Shown here: positions 35,213 through 41,546 of the stretch, piece after piece
How positions within the stretch are numbered: the first letter of the stretch is position 1
Layout: each line of letters begins with the position of its first letter
IMG/VR virus record: IMGVR_UViG_3300017914_002042
Span: 1-41,546 of that record
Reading direction: 5' to 3' (one strand)
Source of the DNA: a virus
Taxonomy: Duplodnaviria > Caudoviricetes
DNA length: 41,546 bases
Made by a program: the position numbers and the translations under genes
The notes under the pieces: generated by a model
Seen by the model: the letters and a program-made list of their open reading frames with translations, nothing else
Databases searched by the model: none
What the model was told of the DNA's origin: nothing

Positions 35213-35392
35213 TTATTTTCCTTTACTGAATAGTTTACCTAGAAAGCCAAATAACTCTTCAAAAATTCCAAGTGATTTGCCCAACCAAGATTCTTTTGGT
35301 ACGAACATTATAATTACTGCAAGAATGCCAATCGTAGCGAGGGCTAATTCGATTAGATTCATTTTTGTTGCTTCTAAAAATTCTGTTATCAT
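35213..35392 (-). CDS. Small membrane protein (59 aa)
   Basis: Manual translation MITEFLEATKMNLIELALATIGILAVIIMFVPKESWLGKSLGIFEELFGFLGKLFSKGK*; TM plus amphipathic helix; stop abuts the PEP-CTERM start. Confidence 0.6.
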   Translation of the reverse strand: MITEFLEATKMNLIELALATIGILAVIIMFVPKESWLGKSLGIFEELFGFLGKLFSKGK

Positions 35393-35400
35393 ATTTTATC

Positions 35401-36945
35401 TTAAATTGGAGTCGCATCTCTTTCATCGCGACTTGGGTTATTTGGGTCAAATATATCTGCCCAATTTATTTTTTCACCGGCTGGTGAAACCACATTTCCA
35501 TCAATCGGTGTAAGTACTTGTTCTACTACATCATCAACATCTATTGCAACTTCGACATCTTTTATTGATTCGGATGCTTTTATTATATCTTCTATATTGA
35601 TTTCAGTTTCTGTAAATGCTTCATCTCCTACCATTGAATGTGGTTTAATGTCGTCCATTCCATCAATAGATTCTATTTCAACTTTAGGCTCTTCTGAAGG
35701 TGGTTTGGCGACCTCCGTATCTGAATCTGCAACCAACATTTTTGGTTCTTCATCAGTAGATATTTCACTATCTTCGACCACCTCCTTATTTCCACCTAAT
35801 CCAAATAACGACAGGAGGCCACCACCACTCGACTTCTTCTCTACACCATCCGATTCTGCAGTATCGGCGTTCGCAACAGATTCTGTTGTTGATTCTCCGC
35901 CTGCAACTTCGCCATCATTCGTTTTCGTTTCTGGCTCCGTATCAGTCTCTTTGTTTTCTGACTCATCTGGTATTGTGTCATCTTGTGTTGGTTCCTCTCT
36001 AGGTTCGTCCTCTGGCTCTTCGGATTCTTTATCATCATTCCCGCCGAACAGGGAACTAAATAATCCACCAGATTTCTTTTTTGGTTTTTCTTCTTGAGCA
36101 GGCTCCTCTTCGGCTTCAGGCTCCGGCTCACTAGATTCTTCTTCAGCTTCGGTTTCTTCTTCAGCTGGCTCATTACTTTCTTCTTCAGCGGGTTCTTCTT
36201 TCTGCTCTTCATCTTCTTCAGCTTCGTCGTCATTACCGCCGAATAATCCTAAGAAACCTTTCTTCTTTTTCTTCTTAGGCTCTTCTTCTACTTCAGATTT
36301 CTCGCTATCCTTAGTAGACTCTTCATCGGTTGAACCATCATCACTCTTAGTGTTTTCTTCACTTGGTTCTTCCTGTCTGTCTTGTTCTGTTGTTTCAGAT
36401 ACATTTGTAGATTCATTAGGCTCCTCAGTTTCTGGTTCTATCGCAGTGCCAGTGGTCGGGTCAATGTCTATATCCAATTCGCCAATTCCGACGACTGTGG
36501 TGAACGCTTCAAGTGGATCGTCCCAATTAAAGCCGGGATGTTCTTCTTCGAACTCTTCCCATTTTTGTTCTGCGACCTGTACTACTTCACGGGTTTGCTC
36601 CACGACCGTATCGATTTGAAAGTATGTGGCTGAAGCAATCGCCATGACACCAGCTGTTCCTAAACTAGCAATTTGAGAACTTGCATGTTCAAGGAAACTT
36701 GGTGGTTTAGTTAGTTCATTAGAGGTAGCTTCGGCTGCGTTAGCTGAATCTATATTGACACTTTCGTCCTCTTCGTCTCCAAATTCAAACCCCGGTTCAT
36801 TCTCTTTGAGTAAAACCGCTGCTGCTTCTTTAAGTAGCTTGTCCTCTTGGTTGACGTGTTTGGGGTGTGCTAACCTTCGAACAACATTTTTTGCCTCTTC
36901 GAGCGTTAGCTCTTTGTCTTCAATTTCTTTTTTCTTACGAGCCAT
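35401..36945 (-). CDS. Large acidic, disordered, single-TM protein with three KKxGxLxxLFG repeats
   Basis: 514 aa, E/D/P/S/T-rich; hydrophobic segment IASLGTAGVMAIASATYF; GAGGA RBS. Confidence 0.8.
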   Translation of the reverse strand: MARKKKEIEDKELTLEEAKNVVRRLAHPKHVNQEDKLLKEAAAVLLKENEPGFEFGDEEDESVNIDSANAAEATSNELTKPPSFLEHASSQIASLGTAGVMAIASATYFQIDTVVEQTREVVQVAEQKWEEFEEEHPGFNWDDPLEAFTTVVGIGELDIDIDPTTGTAIEPETEEPNESTNVSETTEQDRQEEPSEENTKSDDGSTDEESTKDSEKSEVEEEPKKKKKKGFLGLFGGNDDEAEEDEEQKEEPAEEESNEPAEEETEAEEESSEPEPEAEEEPAQEEKPKKKSGGLFSSLFGGNDDKESEEPEDEPREEPTQDDTIPDESENKETDTEPETKTNDGEVAGGESTTESVANADTAESDGVEKKSSGGGLLSLFGLGGNKEVVEDSEISTDEEPKMLVADSDTEVAKPPSEEPKVEIESIDGMDDIKPHSMVGDEAFTETEINIEDIIKASESIKDVEVAIDVDDVVEQVLTPIDGNVVSPAGEKINWADIFDPNNPSRDERDATPI

Positions 36946-36993
36946 ATACCTATCCTCTAAACGTTATTTAGAGAATAAAGCTCTTTGAAAGTA

Positions 36994-37536
36994 CTAAAAC
37001 CAGGCCGGAGTGGGTCTTTTTTTCCAAGTCATACTGAATCTTTCTTGCTTCGTTTTATAGAATAAACGATAAGATTCAATAGGGTCATCGACCATGCACT
37101 CAGGGTTTGATTTCATTGCAAGGCGAAAAGGAGTGAGATTTCCGCTAGGAATATTCTTAGGGCAATGTAATAATTCTTCTCTTAGTTCTTTTTCCGTAAG
37201 GTGAGTTTTGCCATAACGAAATTGAAACTCTTCGCAAAGAGCACAAAACAAACGATAGTGCCAAGTATAATTACTTTTAGACTCCATCGTCCAAATGGTA
37301 CAAGGATGTTTCGTATGTACAGCCCTATATAGTTTAGTTTCTCTTTTGTCTGGCAGCACCCAATACTTTTGCATTGTTTTACCACTGACTGATTCTCTAA
37401 GTTCTTCTTTGCCATCTAAAATTCTATGTGCGGTTGATAACATTTGACCTGACTCAACAATCATCTTAACAACATGTTTATCGCAATGTTCTTGCGCTGC
37501 TATTATTGGATTTTTGTCAAGTACAAATATATTCAT
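36994..37536 (-). CDS. Pyrimidine dimer DNA glycosylase / endonuclease V-like family protein
   Basis: MNIFVLD..P..AA..HCDKHVVKM..E..QMLST, H.KHPCTIW, L..E...RYGK.H. Confidence 0.82.
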   Translation of the reverse strand: MNIFVLDKNPIIAAQEHCDKHVVKMIVESGQMLSTAHRILDGKEELRESVSGKTMQKYWVLPDKRETKLYRAVHTKHPCTIWTMESKSNYTWHYRLFCALCEEFQFRYGKTHLTEKELREELLHCPKNIPSGNLTPFRLAMKSNPECMVDDPIESYRLFYKTKQERFSMTWKKRPTPAWF

Positions 37537-38198
37537 TAGCCTGCTTTTCTTGGGTCAGCATATTGAGCCCACATATTTAATACATACTTAGGATTTGATA
37601 AAGGTGGATTTCCTCTATGTAAATGAGTATACCCTGCAGGGAATATTACACATCTACCTTGTTTAGCTGATATTCTTTTTTTCTGAACTAAAAATTCAGT
37701 TTCTCCACCTTCTTTAACATCATTTAAATAAATCTGTACAACAAAGATTCTATCTCTTGCATCCATACAAGATTTTTCAGTATGCCATGCATGATACCCG
37801 CCACTAGGTTCAGTCTTCTGAACTTTTGCATGTTCAATAGACCAAATATAATCTTTTAATCCTTTCATTTCCTCAACATACTTTGGAAATATTAACTTGT
37901 TGAAAGTATCCATTACATATCTCAAATTAAGTGACGTAGTGATAATACTATCTTCGGTGTCAGTATAATTCATAAAGTCATCAGAGTTCGGAGGCCACAT
38001 AGTAACTCTACTATCGTCGGCAACTCCCGCTTCTCTGGCGCTATGGTGCCATATTCTTCCAATGCCTGTACTTTTAGCTCTTTCGAAATAATCTATAAAA
38101 AACTCACATTGAACATCTGTAAAGAATCCATCAAAGCTAGCTAAGCCATCTTCTGAGATGTTCCATATCTGTCCTGTATTTTTATCTTCGCCTGTCAT
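37536..38198 (-). CDS. 2OG-Fe(II) oxygenase
   Basis: GGYHAWHTE, YLNDV.EGGETEF, IFPA.YTH.HRGNPP...KY. Confidence 0.92.
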   Translation of the reverse strand: MTGEDKNTGQIWNISEDGLASFDGFFTDVQCEFFIDYFERAKSTGIGRIWHHSAREAGVADDSRVTMWPPNSDDFMNYTDTEDSIITTSLNLRYVMDTFNKLIFPKYVEEMKGLKDYIWSIEHAKVQKTEPSGGYHAWHTEKSCMDARDRIFVVQIYLNDVKEGGETEFLVQKKRISAKQGRCVIFPAGYTHLHRGNPPLSNPKYVLNMWAQYADPRKAG

Positions 38199-38620
38199 TT
38201 TAATAATTTTGGAATTGCATCTTTTACAAGATTAATTGTTACTTTTGAATACAAGTCTTGTAATTTACCATCTTTTGCAGCAACAAGAATTTTTGCGTCT
38301 TCAGCATGAATACTTTCGAGCAATTCGATAAATCGTCTTTCTTTTTTAATTTTCTTTATCGGGCCACCTTCTGTAAGACTTCCTAAAATTTTAACTGCTT
38401 TATTGATTGGCTGTAATGCCATACCTGCTGGAGCACCATCTTCATTATAAGGTGGTTTACCTTCTGGTAAATCAAGTTTTATATTTTCATCATAATTCAA
38501 TTGTAGAATTGTTCGAACCGCAAATGTTTGATTTTTTTCGAGGTACTCTTTGCGGTCATCTTTATAGCGAATAGTTTCACACTTCGCAAAAACCTCATGT
38601 GGTAATTTTTCGTTAATCAT
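38195..38620 (-). CDS. Conserved hypothetical T4-like protein downstream of rnh
   Basis: LPEG.PPY and K.E..FI.LLESIH..DA..L...KD motif. Confidence 0.75.
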   Translation of the reverse strand: MINEKLPHEVFAKCETIRYKDDRKEYLEKNQTFAVRTILQLNYDENIKLDLPEGKPPYNEDGAPAGMALQPINKAVKILGSLTEGGPIKKIKKERRFIELLESIHAEDAKILVAAKDGKLQDLYSKVTINLVKDAIPKLLK

Positions 38621-39474
38621 AAGAACTCCTGTACTGATTCGACTAAACTATTAAGTCGATTTTGTATAAGATAATTTAGAACTTTAGAACCGGCTAATTT
38701 ACTCGGTTGACTATTCTCAACTTCTTGTTTAATATTGTTTGTGACTTCATCTGGTATTTCATTGAGGTCAATTACTTTTTTATTTCTTTGGTAATTACGA
38801 AGTTCATCGTAAGTCATTACTGATTCTAAATCATCAATGTTATCTAACCAAAGAGCTATTTTCTTTTTTGAAAGTGGTCTCTGACGCTTATCCATATCCA
38901 CAAAAGTATCATCGTCACTGAGAACATTAGGAACACCATCACTGCTATCACCTTTGAAAATATGTTCATAAAGATATTCAACAGGTTTCTCATGTGTAAC
39001 GAATTTTTTTGTAATTGGTGAATATTGTTTTACGTTGCCATATCGTTGAAGTTGAACAAAATCTTTATCTGATGAAATAATCATTACTGGTTCATTCTTA
39101 CCAAACTCTTGAGTTTCTTTTACAAGAGTGGCAATAATATCATCTGCTTCTGCTCCATCAACTGTAATAACTGTGTAAGGAAAATTTTCTTTGAGTTCTT
39201 CTTTGACTTTTGTAAATGTTTGGAAAACAGAGTCCCAGTCCACTTCACTTTTGTCGCGACCAGTTTTTCTGTTTGCTTTATATTGAGGATAAGCATCTTT
39301 TCTCCAAGAGCGAGAATCGCATGCTATCACCATCTTTCCGTATTTATCACGGTGATTTACGTTATGTAATCGAACTGAGTTAAGAATGAAATGTCTTAAC
39401 ATGCTTTCTTCGGAAGATGAAAAAAAAGAGAAAAAAGCTGCCATTGCTATTGCGCTATAATCTAAAATAATCAT
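38617..39474 (-). CDS. rnh: T4-type RNase H (5'-3' exonuclease)
   Basis: IILDYS, IACD..SWRK..YP.YKANR, EADDII, SSDKDF.QL, KGDSSDGVPN. Confidence 0.95.
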   Translation of the reverse strand: MIILDYSAIAMAAFFSFFSSSEESMLRHFILNSVRLHNVNHRDKYGKMVIACDSRSWRKDAYPQYKANRKTGRDKSEVDWDSVFQTFTKVKEELKENFPYTVITVDGAEADDIIATLVKETQEFGKNEPVMIISSDKDFVQLQRYGNVKQYSPITKKFVTHEKPVEYLYEHIFKGDSSDGVPNVLSDDDTFVDMDKRQRPLSKKKIALWLDNIDDLESVMTYDELRNYQRNKKVIDLNEIPDEVTNNIKQEVENSQPSKLAGSKVLNYLIQNRLNSLVESVQEFL

Positions 39475-39481
39475 AATATAG

Positions 39482-39509
39482 ATATTATCATATTATAGAA
39501 AAATGTCAA
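39482..39509 (-). promoter_or_regulatory. Sigma70-like early promoter for rnh
   Basis: TTGACA-N16-TAATAT, 7 nt before the ATG. Confidence 0.65.
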
Positions 39510-39512
39510 TAA

Positions 39513-40040
39513 TTATTTTCGATAATTATAACCTTTTACTACATATTTCATGTGAGTCTTATCTGGTAAATCTTCAAACTTATGGTCTTCATCTGGTGGA
39601 AAAACTAAACACATTCCTTTTTTAGGTTGAATTGTTTCATCACCTATTTTAATTTTTCCTGCTTTATCAGTTAAATAAAAGAAACATCCCACTTCACGAA
39701 CTTTTTTATATTGAGAACTTTTATGTATTCCATAACCCGGGTCATAACGATGGACCATTGGTATTTCTAAATATGTTTCTTGTTGTTTATGGCCAAATTT
39801 TTCACACCACTTCTTATAAGCAAGGTTTATTCCTTTACCAAACTTATTAGTCAACGCTTTCCAATCTTTGCCACGTCTTGTGCTCATCATTGTTTTACAA
39901 TTTAGAGTAATTGCATGAAAGTTTTCACTTCTAAAGAATTGTCTTTCACCCTTGAGCTCATCTGATTCATCAAATAACTCACACATCTTTTTACAAATTT
40001 CGTCTGGCACGAAATTGTTTAATAATAATACTTTACTCAT
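39513..40040 (-). CDS. Degenerate 2OG-Fe(II) oxygenase-like protein
   Basis: NFVPDEICKK, RYDPG, FFYLTD..G, IQPKKG..LVFPP...H, KYV; no clear HxD/E. Confidence 0.6.
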   Translation of the reverse strand: MSKVLLLNNFVPDEICKKMCELFDESDELKGERQFFRSENFHAITLNCKTMMSTRRGKDWKALTNKFGKGINLAYKKWCEKFGHKQQETYLEIPMVHRYDPGYGIHKSSQYKKVREVGCFFYLTDKAGKIKIGDETIQPKKGMCLVFPPDEDHKFEDLPDKTHMKYVVKGYNYRK

Positions 40041-40043
40041 AAT

Positions 40044-40466
40044 TTACTTTTTAATTAAATGGTTTAAATGTCTACGATGAATCTTACCACCAACAAAGGC
40101 ATTGTGATATTCATCAGGTTTAAGTAATACATCATTCTCAACTTGTTCTTTCATTTCATAGTAAGATAACTCACCAGCTGTTTTACAAAGTCTAAGGATT
40201 CGTCTTTCGAAACGCCACTCACCTGTATTTTCTACGAGGTCTTTGACGACTTCAGACGTACCATAATAAGATTTCCAGTCAGATTCTTTGAGACTTCTTC
40301 TTTTATTTTTTCTTCCTTTCAATGGTGGTCTAGTTACTCTGGACCAAAATTTCTTTTTACCAATGTATTTCATATTGGTTTCGGTGTCGGTAATTTCATA
40401 GACAAAGCCTATGTATTCGTCTGGTGCATTATCAAAAACTTCATTATTAAATTTCCATTCACTCAT
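40044..40466 (-). CDS. GIY-YIG nuclease family protein
   Basis: GFVYEIT....MKYIGKK...ESDWKSYYG.S...F.R.IL...E...Q...Y.N. Confidence 0.85.
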   Translation of the reverse strand: MSEWKFNNEVFDNAPDEYIGFVYEITDTETNMKYIGKKKFWSRVTRPPLKGRKNKRRSLKESDWKSYYGTSEVVKDLVENTGEWRFERRILRLCKTAGELSYYEMKEQVENDVLLKPDEYHNAFVGGKIHRRHLNHLIKK

Positions 40467-40470
40467 TAAA

Positions 40471-41109
40471 TTATTTATCACTTTTCCAAAAGTACTCGTC
40501 TGTATCTCCTAGACGATACTCATAACCATTTTCTACTTGATAATATTTGGTGCTGACTTTAAAGTCTGGCATCTTTGGTTTTTGTGGTGTAAGTGAATTA
40601 TCATATACCCTCATTCTATTATTAGGATATAAAGCAAACTGACCATTTTCTAATTCAAGACAATTGAATGATTTATGTTCTTCTGGTATTTCAGAAGTTG
40701 AATAGTCAATAGTATCGGGGTCAGCGTGATAATTATCTAAAGTGAATAGATATGTTGCTTTTACAATTTTGTGTGACCTTGTAAAGATTTCAAAATCCAT
40801 AGAGCCAATGAATTGTTTGTAAATACATTTAACTCCATAATCCATACAATTCCAAAACTGTAAATCTTGTAGTTCTAAATCATCATCTGGTTTTTCTGGT
40901 GATGAAACAAAAGCAGAGATAGGAAGTTTATCATAAAGAGCTCCGTACTCTGGTAAGTATGTTTCGAAATAGAATGCTCGACCAGGTAATGATTTTGCTG
41001 TTACCCAATGGCCTTCAACAAACTCTCCGTGACCGGATTGTCCATCGTGTAAGTATTCTTTTCTAACCCACACTTTTTGATTTGGCAAGTTACATATTAA
41101 GTTACTCAT
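40471..41109 (-). CDS. Conserved hypothetical phage protein
   Basis: 212 aa; NLP...VRKEYL.D...GHGEF, LPISAF, EHKS, NGQFALYPNNR, recalled from marine T4-like phages. Confidence 0.78.
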   Translation of the reverse strand: MSNLICNLPNQKVWVRKEYLHDGQSGHGEFVEGHWVTAKSLPGRAFYFETYLPEYGALYDKLPISAFVSSPEKPDDDLELQDLQFWNCMDYGVKCIYKQFIGSMDFEIFTRSHKIVKATYLFTLDNYHADPDTIDYSTSEIPEEHKSFNCLELENGQFALYPNNRMRVYDNSLTPQKPKMPDFKVSTKYYQVENGYEYRLGDTDEYFWKSDK

Positions 41110-41269
41110 AATCCTCTTCGTAATCTAAATCGTCTTCATTGCATGTCGCATGAGCGCCACATAAAGGACAATAGTTTGGTTGCAGAAAATTATCTGCGTC
41201 ATCATCATGCTCCCACTGAATTAAGTAGTTAGCATTACACTCTTTACAATAAATTAATTCTTCGTCCAT
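41102..41269 (-). CDS. Small acidic zinc-ribbon protein (55 aa)
   Basis: Manual translation MDEELIYCKECNANYLIQWEHDDDADNFLQPNYCPLCGAHATCNEDDLDYEEDYE*; TAATG overlap with nrdA. Confidence 0.7.
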   Translation of the reverse strand: MDEELIYCKECNANYLIQWEHDDDADNFLQPNYCPLCGAHATCNEDDLDYEEDYE

Positions 41270-41546
41270 TAGCCTTCACACGATGCGCAATTTAAAAGAT
41301 TTCGAGAAAGCTCCTGGCTAGGATTTGTTCCTCTATGATAATATAAAGTCTTTACTCCTTGCTCCCATGCAAATATCAATAATTGATTTACATCTCGTGG
41401 TGGAGTTTTAGGGTGAACCATCAGATTCAATGATTGAGCTTGGTCAATATATTTTTGTCGAATACTTGCTTGTATGACAACTTCTTTTTGACTTATCTCT
41501 CCAAATGTTTTGAATACTTCTCTTTCATGGTCACTTAAGAACATTA
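41269..41546 (-). CDS. nrdA: Ribonucleotide reductase class I alpha subunit, C-terminal fragment
   Basis: VFKTF.EI, RQKYIDQAQSLNL, GVKTLYY, terminal CASCEG; the frame stays open past the window edge. Confidence 0.93.
   Translation of the reverse strand, partial: MFLSDHEREVFKTFGEISQKEVVIQASIRQKYIDQAQSLNLMVHPKTPPRDVNQLLIFAWEQGVKTLYYHRGTNPSQELSRNLLNCASCEG

Noticed and set aside
22329-36945. Envelope region as contaminating bacterial DNA
   Set aside because: Interleaved with typical phage genes, shares the same promoter motifs, compact overlaps and similar AT richness; read-level confirmation is still advisable.
36963-36972. CTAAATA upstream of the acidic protein gene as a late promoter for the PEP-CTERM cassette
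   Set aside because: Mismatch to TATAAATA in AT-rich DNA; plausible but too weak to list as a feature.
35196-36988. Overlapping ORFs 35196-35513, 35259-35450, 35597-36097, 35841-36233, 36350-36633, 36755-36988
   Set aside because: By-products of low-complexity GAA-rich coding; the 59-aa ORF at 35213-35392 fits the gap better than 35259-35450.
1-41546. tRNA, rRNA, introns, inteins, integrase, reverse transcriptase/DGR, alternative genetic code
   Set aside because: Intergenic gaps are short with no cloverleaf seen; core genes are uninterrupted under the standard code; no RT or TR/VR pair noticed. A covariance-model scan was not possible.

Overview
A 41.5-kb, AT-rich segment of a large T4-like myophage genome. 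From left to right: (i) a late tail/baseplate module (gp53, gp48, gp4, gp2, gp54-like, gp26, gp51, tape-measure-like gene), in which gp26 appears to be joined to gp51 by a -1 slippery site; (ii) gp32, gp59 and gp33 with a parvulin, a SleB-type hydrolase and small early genes behind repeated TTGACA-N17-TA(A/C)TAT promoters; (iii) a late block of three paralogous baseplate/collar-type proteins, a PAAR protein, a subtilisin-like protein that seems to lack the catalytic Asp, and membrane proteins; (iv) a roughly 16-kb accessory region devoted to the cell envelope: nine glycosyltransferase-like genes, an epimerase, a methyltransferase, a SemiSWEET/PQ-loop transporter, two outer-membrane beta-barrels, a PEP-CTERM protein and a large acidic membrane-anchored repeat protein; (v) DenV-like glycosylase, 2OG-Fe(II) oxygenases, RNase H, a GIY-YIG protein and the 3' end of nrdA. 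The PEP-CTERM protein and a DUF4032-like small protein point to a Verrucomicrobiota/PVC host (inference). The best candidate for an undescribed system is a phage-encoded surface display and glycosylation system. All calls come from motif recognition by eye; no database search was run.
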